Shown in pieces: positions 40,031 to 50,097 of a stretch of 64,000 nucleotides of DNA. The translations under genes and the position numbers were made by a program. The notes beneath the pieces were generated by a model. The model was not told the DNA's origin. It was given only the letters and a program-made list of their open reading frames with translations, and made no database searches. Position 1 is the first letter of the stretch. Each line of letters opens with the position of its first letter. The stretch comes from an uncultured virus (IMG/VR IMGVR_UViG_3300030376_003448) (Duplodnaviria > Heunggongvirae > Uroviricota > Caudoviricetes). The DNA is taken from IMG/VR virus record IMGVR_UViG_3300030376_003448. One strand, written 5' to 3'.

Positions 40031-42262
40031 CTATATCCACTGTATATTTGACAACCCATTCTTAGCATTTACTAAAGGTTGAGAATCCCACTTAGCTAAT
40101 TCGTAGTAAGGTAGTATTTTCTTTATGATAAATCTATCAGTCATTTCCTTTGAGCCTATCTCTGTTATGCCTTCTATGTCCGAAGGGTCATCAAATGCAA
40201 TATACTTACCGTCTTTATTCAATGTTACTAGGAAGAAAGAACCGGCACGATAACCTTTACCTAAGAATTCGTTAGCCCACGCCGCCCCTGCGGAGGAGCC
40301 AGACAACACTTTGTACTTAGATAAGTCACGTTCAATCTTACCCTTCATACATAATTCTTTTAAGTCTATTTTACCCCCCATTATGCTAGTAATTAGTGAT
40401 AAATTACGCTCTGTGACGGCCTCCTCTGTTTCCTCTTTTAGAATACCAGATATCGTGTTTTCCATAGCCTTTTTCATTACAGGTGGCATACGAGATTGCT
40501 TCATCTCAATACCTTTAACGTAAATGTTCGGCTCATGCCACTCACCATCAGTCCAAGCCACCCGTCCTGTGTATCGGTTCTTAGCTACCATGATAAGACG
40601 ACTGCACCACTTCTCAAATTCTACCTCTATAGGAGCCATTCTCTCATTTATAATCGGCATAGCCTTGATACCGTCGTCTGGGTATGGTATCTCACAAAAC
40701 ACCGAGTCGGTATGTCCGTATATTACGTTGAATCCTACCCTCTGTGCCTCTACCATCAGCTCACCTAGAGTCTGCCTAGATGTGTATGTGATGGCCGCCG
40801 CTATATCTGGGTGATACATACCATACTTTGCGTCACCACACACACCATACATTGATGCTACTATGGTTTTGGCGGCGAATTGCATACAATCCCACTTTCT
40901 TTTTTCTGGCCCATCACTGACCATCATTTTTATCTTAAATTCATTACGCATCTGGGTCATCTTATCCATCTGTCTGACTAGAAGACCCTTTGTGTCCTGT
41001 GTGAAACATGTACCGTTGCCACAATCTTCACCCTCTACGTCCAGTGTGTCCCAAGATATGTTGTACTTAGAGGCATTACTATGATACATCGCTTTTATAT
41101 CTAGGATTCCTACGTTATCATACACCCCCGGCTCTACATCTAGAATATCAGCACCTTCGTAGTCCACTTTAGCAAACTGTGGTCTAGTAGGTATTCTCCT
41201 GTCAAAATCTGGGTCTGTTAGAACCAGTTGAGAAAACATCTTTGTGATGAAAGGCGTAGAGCGTAGGTCACACTGTACAATATGTTGTAAGGAAGTGTAG
41301 TAATCTAGTGCGTTTACGGCCTCATCTAGTTTAGGTAGTAATCTTACGTCTTGTCTGCAATAATGAACGTACAAAGCAGGGTCATCCCACCATGTTTCAT
41401 CGTGGCCCTTCTCTAACTCTACTTTCTTTTCCCCTAATATTTCGTAAGCCACGTCATCCAATTTGTAAGAAGGCAACTTACCGTTCTTTAGCTCCCATAA
41501 TTTAGAAACTGCGAGCATCAAATCTATACAGTTTCTACCTACTATGGGTTGCGCCCAGTCTTTGTACTCATACCTCAGTTGCCTCATAGGTGATAGTAGG
41601 TTTTCTTGAAGACCACACACTCTGCAACGCTCTATGATTTGCTTTATGTCTGCACCGACCACGTACCACCCAGTAATTATGTCTGGGTCTTGTTTTCTCA
41701 TGTGTTTGATAAAATGTATGAGCATAGACCTCTCGTTCTCAAAAGCCAATGCCGGTGTTTCGTACTCGTACTCTCCGTACTTGTGATGTGGCTCGCCTTG
41801 ACCTTCTTTCAGACCTTGTGCCGACGCCTTAACAAACCAAACATATTCTTTATCAGTAAAGTTATCATATACTACTATTACCCTAAGTTTATTTGTTGTT
41901 GGCGACCACTCACAATCCATGTACCAAGTCCTATGCCTATAGTTTTCTATAGGTTCGTTGCCATCATTTATGTAGTCCGATAGGACACGGTTGGTATATG
42001 GTATATTTGCCTCCCATGTGTTCCTTTCGTCGGATATTTTCTTGATGTCGAAAGGACTAGCGCAAACTATCTTGGTAAGTTTCTCACCGTACAGACCGAC
42101 GTAGCCCCTCTCTCTCTTTACCACTGTATCTAGGTATTTATCTTCATCTGTTCTCACGAAGCAGTAAGGCCAGTAACCAGTAATACTTTTTTCGTATCTT
42201 GAACCATCTTTGTTACGGCCTCTGACAATAATATCTCTGCCTCTACCACGCTCTATAATCAT
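40031..42262 (-). CDS. polB: family B DNA polymerase
   Basis: Exo DCE, GW....D, YCRQD; polymerase DIKAMYHS, K...ASMYG, YGHTDS, KNRY, VKG.E. Confidence 0.95.
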   Translation of the reverse strand: MIIERGRGRDIIVRGRNKDGSRYEKSITGYWPYCFVRTDEDKYLDTVVKRERGYVGLYGEKLTKIVCASPFDIKKISDERNTWEANIPYTNRVLSDYINDGNEPIENYRHRTWYMDCEWSPTTNKLRVIVVYDNFTDKEYVWFVKASAQGLKEGQGEPHHKYGEYEYETPALAFENERSMLIHFIKHMRKQDPDIITGWYVVGADIKQIIERCRVCGLQENLLSPMRQLRYEYKDWAQPIVGRNCIDLMLAVSKLWELKNGKLPSYKLDDVAYEILGEKKVELEKGHDETWWDDPALYVHYCRQDVRLLPKLDEAVNALDYYTSLQHIVQCDLRSTPFITKMFSQLVLTDPDFDRRIPTRPQFAKVDYEGADILDVEPGVYDNVGILDIKAMYHSNASKYNISWDTLDVEGEDCGNGTCFTQDTKGLLVRQMDKMTQMRNEFKIKMMVSDGPEKRKWDCMQFAAKTIVASMYGVCGDAKYGMYHPDIAAAITYTSRQTLGELMVEAQRVGFNVIYGHTDSVFCEIPYPDDGIKAMPIINERMAPIEVEFEKWCSRLIMVAKNRYTGRVAWTDGEWHEPNIYVKGIEMKQSRMPPVMKKAMENTISGILKEETEEAVTERNLSLITSIMGGKIDLKELCMKGKIERDLSKYKVLSGSSAGAAWANEFLGKGYRAGSFFLVTLNKDGKYIAFDDPSDIEGITEIGSKEMTDRFIIKKILPYYELAKWDSQPLVNAKNGLSNIQWI

Positions 42263-42412
42263 CAGACCATCTCTACGGCGTTTCTATCCATCTTCATATG
42301 GTTACAGTTTTCACACTCCCATATATCTCCTTCCTCTACAGAGTCATAGAAAACAAATGAGAAGGTAGCACCACACATTTCACAAGTCATCCACGGAAAC
42401 TTTCTTTTCATG
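42262..42412 (-). CDS. small zinc-ribbon protein (start approximate)
   Basis: CEMCG...CENC. Confidence 0.55.
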
Positions 42413-42433
42413 TTTATCACTACCCTATTACGC

Positions 42434-43282
42434 TTATAAATTAGATGCTTGGAAGATGTAGTCACCATCCCCCAGAGATATTATCATGGGGTAGCCCATA
42501 CCAGCATGGGTGAAGTCCCACACACCTATGGTTATGTCATGGGTTAGGTTAGCAAAGATATGCTCAAGCCCACCGTTATAAGTAGCAGTAAATGGTTCTA
42601 TAGTACCCGTCCTAATCACTGGTATTTCGGAGTTAGTTTTACCTTTAAGCTCTTGACCTACACTTATCATAAGTTTTGGTTCGTTGTACTCTATCCTATA
42701 CTGGTTAAACTTCTGCCCATTCATAGAGTCACATCTAAAGGCTTCATACAGGGTTGTCGTGTTTAAGTCTGAGAAAACCCAACTACACTCTAACATAGTA
42801 CCGTCGTTAGCGGTGTAGGTTAGCTCATCTACATTTATCTTATTAGCAAGAACACTAGACTTCTCCTCCCATTGTGCTATACTACTGGGGTTATGTGGGA
42901 AAGCCTTCGCTTCTTTACTAGCTGATAGTGTAGTCTGTTTGTTGGTAGATTTGAAAGTAACTTTATCATTCTTTGGTTCGATGTTAAGAACACCACCATG
43001 ATACTTCAAGACACCTAGAGTGGTATGTATATCAGTGATTACCACTTCTCCCTCACCACTACAGGGTATAGACAAACGCATGATAGATGTCTGCCCGTCT
43101 TTAACTAGGGAAAGAAGGGAAAGCCTACCCTTATTTGCTTTTAGGATAACACTATGTACCTGTGAGATACTTTTACCGTCAATAGTTTGTTTTCTCTGGG
43201 CTAGGTTTAGAAGCCACTTCAGAGAGTCTGTTTCTACTATTATCAACCTAATCACTCTACCATGAAAGGAAGACCGTACCAC
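42434..43282 (-). CDS. DNA sliding clamp (PCNA/beta-clamp-like); true start probably slightly downstream
   Basis: about 270 aa with repeated beta-alpha pattern, FTATYN...L, YPMIIS...YIFQA ending; next to PolB and near RFC. Confidence 0.6.
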   Translation of the reverse strand: MVRSSFHGRVIRLIIVETDSLKWLLNLAQRKQTIDGKSISQVHSVILKANKGRLSLLSLVKDGQTSIMRLSIPCSGEGEVVITDIHTTLGVLKYHGGVLNIEPKNDKVTFKSTNKQTTLSASKEAKAFPHNPSSIAQWEEKSSVLANKINVDELTYTANDGTMLECSWVFSDLNTTTLYEAFRCDSMNGQKFNQYRIEYNEPKLMISVGQELKGKTNSEIPVIRTGTIEPFTATYNGGLEHIFANLTHDITIGVWDFTHAGMGYPMIISLGDGDYIFQASNL

Positions 43283-44202
43283 TCTACGTTGCCATTCTTT
43301 ACACGAAGAACATCGTGTGTGCTACCAACCTTCTCTATGTTGTTACCCTTCATCTCCTCGATAGTGGCTCTTACAACCCACTCACCGTCTTGTAGGTTTC
43401 TGTCGCCCTCGACACCTGCCGCCGGGTCTGCTTTCTTCATGTAGCGAGATAGGAATACCTGCTGAGAAAACTTCCTCATGGTTCCCTTCTCCCACTCTGG
43501 TCTGAACCCTACAGTCATGAGTACCTTCTTACCTGTACCATCATCCATGTACTGTGACACTGGCTTTAGATGGAAGGTGAAATACACCTTAGCTACATTC
43601 AAACTGTGTAGTCTTGATAGGATATTTCTGTAGAGTCTGTTGCGCTCTCTCCACTCCTTCTGGTTGAAGGTATCTCCTTCTTCCTCTATGATACCCCTAG
43701 CTAGTAGCGATGCTCTCATAGCGTGTTCGCACCACTTTAGGAAGGTAGAACCACCATCGAATATGACACCGCCAATACTATCGGGCGACTCCTTTACTAT
43801 GTTGGCTAGGATATTAACATAGTATGATGTCTTATCTAACAATGCTTTGTAATCTACGTTGTTGTCTTCATCGAAGATTGACTCATCTGTTTCATCATGA
43901 AGTGGAAGTACCACTATGTTATCTTTACCGGGATAGACATAATCTACAGTAGATTTAGCTGAGTTATCTACATCAAAGATATAGATGGTCTTCCCTTCGT
44001 TAATCTCCTTATCTAATAGGGAAAGAGCAAGACCGGTCTTAGCGGTGTTCTCATGCCCAACGAAAGCACATCTATGTGTCACGGCATTCATTGAGTTATT
44101 TGTGAATAACTCCCTGTAGTAAGCCTCATCGAATCTAGTCGTAGGCTCAACGGTCTTTGTTGTCTTAGCTTCTTTTGTCTGTGCTTGTGTTCCCCAGCTC
44201 AT
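43252..44202 (-). CDS. RecA-fold AAA_24/Sak4-like recombination ATPase
   Basis: Walker A variant GHENTAKT, IFDVDNS, Walker B VIFDG, YFTFH. Confidence 0.7.
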   Translation of the reverse strand: MSWGTQAQTKEAKTTKTVEPTTRFDEAYYRELFTNNSMNAVTHRCAFVGHENTAKTGLALSLLDKEINEGKTIYIFDVDNSAKSTVDYVYPGKDNIVVLPLHDETDESIFDEDNNVDYKALLDKTSYYVNILANIVKESPDSIGGVIFDGGSTFLKWCEHAMRASLLARGIIEEEGDTFNQKEWRERNRLYRNILSRLHSLNVAKVYFTFHLKPVSQYMDDGTGKKVLMTVGFRPEWEKGTMRKFSQQVFLSRYMKKADPAAGVEGDRNLQDGEWVVRATIEEMKGNNIEKVGSTHDVLRVKNGNVEWYGLPFMVE

Positions 44203-44232
44203 ATCTATCCCTCAAATTATTATGGTTATAAA

Positions 44233-45762
44233 CTACTCGGTCGGTGCTATGATAGCGCAATCAGTCATCAATACCAAAGAAGCTATTGACACCGCACTCT
44301 CTACACTGTTCAATACTACCTGCATCGGGTCAAGAACACCATCCGTTTTAGCATCCTCTAACTCACCAGTTTTACCGCAAATGTAAAGACCTTCATTGAC
44401 AAGTCTTGAATCACTAGATGGGAATGTTGTAGCACCAGTATTCTCTACGATAGTATTGAGTGGTGTTTGCATAGCTTTCTTGAACAACAATCTGACGGCT
44501 AAGGTCGTTGCATCCTCAATATCCATACTTTCAGCATACCTCCATAGTGTCGCGCCCCCGCCGATGACTACACCGGACTCAAGAGCGAGCTTACAAGCAT
44601 TGACCGCATCATCCACTCGCTCCTTAGTTTCTACCTGCTCTACATCGGAAGCACCTCCAACGTAAATCGTGGAGATGCCTGTGGTCATACGGTCTATCCT
44701 ATTCTGTGTCTGCTCTTTTACCCAGTCGTTTTGTTCGTCGTCCAACGCCTCTGTCAGCTCTACTACATGAGCCGTAGGATATACCCGTCCTACGATAGTA
44801 GTGGTATTAGAAGCTGAATGTAACTTCTCGCACTCTCCTAGCTCCTCGCTAGTAGTCTTTATGATAGACTCATTTAGAGATGTCTTGAATAACTTACTAC
44901 CTGTGAAGGCACTGATGTCTTCCAACCACTCTTGTTGTTGTTGTGACATACCGGGTACTTTTACGATACAAACAGATACTTTACCCTGCACTATATTTAC
45001 CAAAAGATTCTGTAGCATCTGTGGGTTCACGTCGGGACAAAAGACAACCAGTGGTCTTCCTTCCTGTATGCTTGTTTCTAACGCCGGTACTAACATATTG
45101 AAGCTCTCTATACGCTCAGTAGTAGTTAGTATTAGTGGATTAGTAAACTCACACTTACCTTTCCCAGAGTTAGCCATGAGAGTATGAATCATACCAGAGC
45201 TTATCTCTAGACCATTACTCGTTCTGACATAGGTTTCTTGTGTGGGTGACTTCTCTATAGTGATACCACCACCAGTCTTTACTACATCAGCTATCAAAAC
45301 ACCTAGCTCTCGGTCATTGTTAGATGCTATGGTAGCAACATCTACTAGGTCGAAATCTGTTATTGCACTTTCTTTGATATACTGTGTGACATCTTCTAGA
45401 CAGTCCTTTAACGCATCACGTATTACTAAAGGGGAAGTACCGTTCTCCATAAGAGTGAGAGAACCATTACACAATGCCTGTGCTATCAATGTGGCTCCCG
45501 TAGTACCGTCGCCAGACTTCTCCTGTGCTTCCGATGCGACCTCTTTCAGTAGGTCTATACCCATCTGAACATACGGGTCTTTATCTGTTACTGCTCTCGC
45601 TATGGTAACACCATCGTTGAGGATGACTGGCATCCCCATAGGATTCTGCACGATGACTGTTCTAGCTTGGGGTCCGAATGTTCCCTTGATAGAGGATGCT
45701 AACTTATTAACACCTTTGAGTAGCTTACTTCTAGCTTCTGCTCCTGTGATTATTGTTTCCAT
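44233..45762 (-). CDS. groEL: chaperonin GroEL (group I-like)
   Basis: TFGP, NDGVTIA, GDGTT, GRPLVVF, VKVPG, VGGASDVE..E.KERVDDA, GGG, GVLDP. Confidence 0.92.
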   Translation of the reverse strand: METIITGAEARSKLLKGVNKLASSIKGTFGPQARTVIVQNPMGMPVILNDGVTIARAVTDKDPYVQMGIDLLKEVASEAQEKSGDGTTGATLIAQALCNGSLTLMENGTSPLVIRDALKDCLEDVTQYIKESAITDFDLVDVATIASNNDRELGVLIADVVKTGGGITIEKSPTQETYVRTSNGLEISSGMIHTLMANSGKGKCEFTNPLILTTTERIESFNMLVPALETSIQEGRPLVVFCPDVNPQMLQNLLVNIVQGKVSVCIVKVPGMSQQQQEWLEDISAFTGSKLFKTSLNESIIKTTSEELGECEKLHSASNTTTIVGRVYPTAHVVELTEALDDEQNDWVKEQTQNRIDRMTTGISTIYVGGASDVEQVETKERVDDAVNACKLALESGVVIGGGATLWRYAESMDIEDATTLAVRLLFKKAMQTPLNTIVENTGATTFPSSDSRLVNEGLYICGKTGELEDAKTDGVLDPMQVVLNSVESAVSIASLVLMTDCAIIAPTE

Positions 45763-45764
45763 AA

Positions 45765-46043
45765 TTATACCTCCAATAACTCTACTTCTTCAGTAGATAA
45801 CACCGCACCAATGGCACTATAATGCGCCATGAGTGGCGATGTAGGATTGGAAGGCTCTACCTTGTTTAGCTCTGTGGGGTTTACATTTAAGCTAACTATA
45901 TCTGCTTGGTAAAGCTCGATGGGAACAAACCCGCCGACACTTAGAACGACATAAGGCGCATCAATTACTAGGCCGTAGTCGCTGACTTCTTCGTGCTTTG
46001 TCACAAGAACAAACTCACCTAAAGCCTTCCAATTCCTTTCCAT
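45765..46043 (-). CDS. groES: co-chaperonin GroES-like
   Basis: 92 aa immediately upstream of groEL; KALGEFVLV, GLVI, VLSVG. Confidence 0.6.
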   Translation of the reverse strand: MERNWKALGEFVLVTKHEEVSDYGLVIDAPYVVLSVGGFVPIELYQADIVSLNVNPTELNKVEPSNPTSPLMAHYSAIGAVLSTEEVELLEV

Positions 46044-47231
46044 CTATGCTTCCCACCCGTCGGTTACTTCCTCGTCGGTGAAGTCGGGTGTGACCATCTG
46101 TTGCACTTCATCAAAGGCCCACCAACCATTTACGGTCATGCGGTCTTCATCTTCCCTACTTCTCCAAGCCTGTCCGTGTATGAGTAGCTTAGTACCCACA
46201 CCGAAGGATGGAATCTCGTCGCAATAAACATCTATCGTACCTGCCATAGATGTGATGTCAATGTCACCACACACTAGGATAGCACCGCCCTTATCTCTTG
46301 GGTCTATGTGTATTACTTCTGTGACAGTGGCACAAGTCCTGTCCCACCATCCGTCAGTACCGTTGTGTGTATCGTAATACTGCCTAAGAGCCGATAGGTT
46401 AGGTAGCATATTCTCATCCCCAATCAACCCACCTAGAATATCTACGGGGGAACCACTGAAGATGTTAGCCAAGTCTGTATTGATTGTAGGCACAGATACA
46501 TCTGCGTTAAAATAACACCTACCATTCCTACCAGTCTTTAGTGGTATAGTAAGTGGTGTGAATGTTGGGTACTGTCTGTCTGCTGACTTACCACTACCAC
46601 TGACCTTGATTAGTGATAGCTCGTTGTCGCCATGCTTTCGTCCATAGAACAGACAAGTCCTCTCCCTCTCGTCCTGTGGGCGAGGCGCACCGTACTTGAA
46701 GTTGGCATCGCCACTAGGGAATGTTGGGTTACTCTTGTCCCACACCACATAGAAGTGTGTGTTAGCATCTAGTTGCATGGTGTGTTTTGGTAGAGCTGAT
46801 ACGTCGCTCTCTGCGCCGAAGCCAAACATCTCGGCGGAAAGCCTAGTGTATGTACCATCGTGGTTGTCCTCAAACAGAATAACGGAACCACTGTTTACTA
46901 GGGCCATTCTAACTTCCTGTGGTGCTGAAATCATCTGATTCTTCATCTTGTTGTATAGAATCTTACCCCACTCCTTCGGTCTTGGGACAGAGATAAACAT
47001 ACCCTCGTATGTATCTGCACCTGCTCGACGCATCCTAGCATTCTCGCTTGTGATGTTTCTACCTGCTACTCTAAGAGCTAGGATAAAACAATCCTCGTCC
47101 GAGCGACCCGCATTCTTCCATGCTGGTCCCTGCTCCGCAAGAACCTCATCGGCCCTCGCTCGCACCACATCGGGTGCGACATTCAGTGTCTTGGCTATAT
47201 TGTTCAACATATCGTCACTCATTTTTTTCAC
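46044..47231 (-). CDS. putative OB-fold ssDNA-binding (RPA-like) protein
   Basis: helical N-terminus, beta-rich body, acidic aromatic tail DEEVTDGWEA; replication-block context. Confidence 0.45.
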   Translation of the reverse strand: MKKMSDDMLNNIAKTLNVAPDVVRARADEVLAEQGPAWKNAGRSDEDCFILALRVAGRNITSENARMRRAGADTYEGMFISVPRPKEWGKILYNKMKNQMISAPQEVRMALVNSGSVILFEDNHDGTYTRLSAEMFGFGAESDVSALPKHTMQLDANTHFYVVWDKSNPTFPSGDANFKYGAPRPQDERERTCLFYGRKHGDNELSLIKVSGSGKSADRQYPTFTPLTIPLKTGRNGRCYFNADVSVPTINTDLANIFSGSPVDILGGLIGDENMLPNLSALRQYYDTHNGTDGWWDRTCATVTEVIHIDPRDKGGAILVCGDIDITSMAGTIDVYCDEIPSFGVGTKLLIHGQAWRSREDEDRMTVNGWWAFDEVQQMVTPDFTDEEVTDGWEA

Positions 47232-47271
47232 CTGTTACAGTTTCTTTCGCTTTTTATTACGGATATAAACA

Positions 47272-48162
47272 TTACGTTATCATCATCCTTACATAGTTGG
47301 CCTTGACAATATCCTCATCAACACCGTCTATAATATCTCTCTCAGCAGTAATCGAAGCGTCAATAACTTGGAGTCTTTTAGTCAAACTATTACTCCACCC
47401 GTCTATGGCACTCTGCATTACATTCCTTACTATCTTTCTGATATCCCCATCTAACATCTTCAAAGAAGTATCGAAGTCTTTATCATTTATACATAGTGCG
47501 AGGAATAGTTCTGCGTTAAAGTTTCTTTCAGTGAGGGAGAGAAGGAAGTCGTGTGCCGTGTCTGCGTCGTCCGGTTCTATGGAGGCAAACGCTTGTAGAG
47601 CATTGATAGCATTTCTTAGGTCGCCCTCATGAGCTTCGCAAATAATATTTAGTTGCGAGTATGTTATGCTTACACCTTCTGCCCCACAAATGTATTCCAA
47701 TCTTCCTTTCATAGCTTCTTTACTTATGGGTAGGAAGTGTATCTGCAAACACCTTGACTTAATCCAGTTACTTACTTTACTGATATCATTACATGCTAGT
47801 ATGAAATAACCGTGAGCGTTTTCTATAACACCTTTGAGAGCCGACTGTGCTTCTGGTGTGAGTTGGTCTGCCTCATCCAAGAGTATGATTTGATTGCGGT
47901 TGCCAGAGCTTGTAAGTGGTATAAGCTCCTCCTCTACAAATGCTATACCCCTAGTCTTTTTAGAAGAAGCATTGAATGTATGTATCGGGTAGTCTAGCTC
48001 GTTAGCTATGACGTGCGCTAGTGTAGTCTTACCACGACCCGCTCCCCTACTATGTAGTAGTAGATGTTGCATACTAAGTGTAAGATAGTCTAGCTCCTTA
48101 GCACCACCCACTAACTCATTGAAAGTCTGTGGTCTGTACTTGTTAGCCCATAGTTGGTCCAT
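47272..48162 (-). CDS. rfcS: replication factor C small subunit (clamp loader)
   Basis: WANKYRP, G.GKTT, NAS..RGI, LLDEAD.LT..AQ.AL, SRC, GDLRNAINALQ. Confidence 0.92.
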   Translation of the reverse strand: MDQLWANKYRPQTFNELVGGAKELDYLTLSMQHLLLHSRGAGRGKTTLAHVIANELDYPIHTFNASSKKTRGIAFVEEELIPLTSSGNRNQIILLDEADQLTPEAQSALKGVIENAHGYFILACNDISKVSNWIKSRCLQIHFLPISKEAMKGRLEYICGAEGVSITYSQLNIICEAHEGDLRNAINALQAFASIEPDDADTAHDFLLSLTERNFNAELFLALCINDKDFDTSLKMLDGDIRKIVRNVMQSAIDGWSNSLTKRLQVIDASITAERDIIDGVDEDIVKANYVRMMIT

Positions 48163-48192
48163 GAAGTATGCTCAACAATTACGCATATAAAC

Positions 48193-48534
48193 TTACACTT
48201 TGTTTTCAGTTATGTAAGCAACACCACTATCGTACAAATCTATTAGCTCTGCGTTTGATGGCGTACCCATAGGTTCGCCCGTTGTTCTTTTTACCATGAG
48301 AGAAAGGACGATGCCAGACAGAACACCACGAATAAAATCGTCCGATAGCTCTAACATTTCGTCTTCAAATTCTTCTTCATCGAATGCTTGTAACAGGAAA
48401 CTTCTGATTAGAGAAGCGTCAAACATATTTTCTTGGGTCATTATTCTACTAAAGTCCAAGCCTCTGTTGTTGTGCATCATAGCTGAAACAATTGTGTGAA
48501 TGTCATCACGCATTTTCCCTACCATTGTAACCAT
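48193..48534 (-). CDS. hypothetical protein
   Basis: 113 aa ORF in operon. Confidence 0.6.
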   Translation of the reverse strand: MVTMVGKMRDDIHTIVSAMMHNNRGLDFSRIMTQENMFDASLIRSFLLQAFDEEEFEDEMLELSDDFIRGVLSGIVLSLMVKRTTGEPMGTPSNAELIDLYDSGVAYITENKV

Positions 48535-48549
48535 ATCCTAGATGTAATA

Positions 48550-48948
48550 TTAACCCTTTCTAATACAGTGAAGACACACCTTTGATTCTGGCGGGAAAAC
48601 ACGTATCTTTCCACACTCGCATTGTACCGCCACCGCCCTCTGCTTAGGAGTCATAACCGTTGGACTACGGGTATAAACTATTTCATCTCGATGTTGTATT
48701 AGGGTACGGTCAATATCATAGACCAAATGCTTTGCCTTTATCCCAACGGCGTTCTCCACCATCTCAGAACCTACTGGTATTATCTGTGGATTCTTCGACA
48801 ACAAAGCCGATAGACTGTGGGGAGAAGGTACTGCACGTACATTTTTCTCGGAGGATAGCTTCTCTGCCACGCCCTCCTTTGTCATAGCACCATGCTCCCA
48901 TAGTATGTCTACTATAAGTCGCCGGACCCGACGGTTATTGGCACTCAT
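48550..48948 (-). CDS. winged-HTH protein with C-terminal zinc ribbon
   Basis: IVDILWEHGAMTKEGVAEKL; CECG...CLHC. Confidence 0.7.
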   Translation of the reverse strand: MSANNRRVRRLIVDILWEHGAMTKEGVAEKLSSEKNVRAVPSPHSLSALLSKNPQIIPVGSEMVENAVGIKAKHLVYDIDRTLIQHRDEIVYTRSPTVMTPKQRAVAVQCECGKIRVFPPESKVCLHCIRKG

Positions 48949-48971
48949 GTATAAGTGTTAGTGTTTAGGTA

Positions 48972-49190
48972 TTATAAGTCGTTCCCAACGTCTGCCCATA
49001 AAATAGCATCTGCGAAAGAATTCTCCTCATATTGATAGGGTGTGTCGCAAACATTGTGTTTTATAGGTTTTTCCAAAGCTACCCACTCAATTTGCGGAGA
49101 TACTATTATCATAAAGAGTTGCATAAACGGGAATAACAAACCCAAAAACAAAAGGAATACTAGAAAGAAACATACTTCCACTAGAGCCAT
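48972..49190 (-). CDS. small membrane protein
   Basis: N-terminal hydrophobic stretch. Confidence 0.5.
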   Translation of the reverse strand: MALVEVCFFLVFLLFLGLLFPFMQLFMIIVSPQIEWVALEKPIKHNVCDTPYQYEENSFADAILWADVGNDL

Positions 49191-49840
49191 GACAAAGCCT
49201 TCTGTTTAGTGCGCTTCATACCCTTCGGTATGTCGCCACTATCCCTTACTTTGTTGGCTACGGTTATAGAGTTTTCCAGAATGACCTCCCAATGCTGGTC
49301 AGTGCTTCTGAAAATCTCTGGTCGTTCTTTACTTTTACCCTTTTTCTTAGGCCACTTTACTCTGGCTCTGCTAGGCTTGATGCCGTATATTAGTGATGCT
49401 TTAATGTATTCATCTGGCAAAGTGTAGAGTACCTTTGCTATTCTTCTCCAAACATCTATGTCATCCACGTTCTCCTTCAAGAACCAAAGTAGTAGTTGTG
49501 TTGGTTGCTCTTTGTATAATTCTTTTACCCTATCTCTATTACCCCAGTTGAGCAAAGCACGAACCAAGACAAAGGCATCGTCATTACTTTTACCTTTAAG
49601 GTTATCATCCACCACACACAAATCCTTAGCTTTCTTATTGAGCTTCGGCTCTTTATCTGTCACCACGACAAGTTTGTTCTTTATGACGGGCGACCACTGG
49701 ATGACATCATCAGAAGAAAACTTATCGGAGTGTAGTATGTAGGTAGTTTCTTTTAAGTTTGGAATACTATCAAGGTTGTTATACATTAGGATTTCATTGT
49801 CGCTTCTGAATGGAGTTGCATCCTTTGTAAAGATAATCAT
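49181..49840 (-). CDS. hypothetical protein (possible degenerate clamp-loader subunit)
   Basis: LLLWFLKEN segment and C-terminal PIP-like QKALSWL. Confidence 0.5.
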   Translation of the reverse strand: MIIFTKDATPFRSDNEILMYNNLDSIPNLKETTYILHSDKFSSDDVIQWSPVIKNKLVVVTDKEPKLNKKAKDLCVVDDNLKGKSNDDAFVLVRALLNWGNRDRVKELYKEQPTQLLLWFLKENVDDIDVWRRIAKVLYTLPDEYIKASLIYGIKPSRARVKWPKKKGKSKERPEIFRSTDQHWEVILENSITVANKVRDSGDIPKGMKRTKQKALSWL

Positions 49841-50097
49841 TCTTGTTCCCTCACAAACGGGTCATGACCGTAGATGTAGTCCTCTACTCTTTTTAGCTGA
49901 CTGCCCGATAGATTCCAGACATCACATATAGATGTCTTAGGTACTTTGTATTCGGCATGATACCATTGGATTCCCTTCGGTGTTATCAAAGCCATGACCC
50001 CATCTTCTATCATAGCCTTTATCAGCTTAGGTATTTCTTCCTTAAATATAGGACGTGTGGCAAAGTATCTAGTGGGTTGCACTCTCCACTTCTTCAT
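49837..50097 (-). CDS. hypothetical protein
   Basis: 86 aa, overlapping start/stop with neighbours. Confidence 0.6.
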   Translation of the reverse strand: MKKWRVQPTRYFATRPIFKEEIPKLIKAMIEDGVMALITPKGIQWYHAEYKVPKTSICDVWNLSGSQLKRVEDYIYGHDPFVREQE

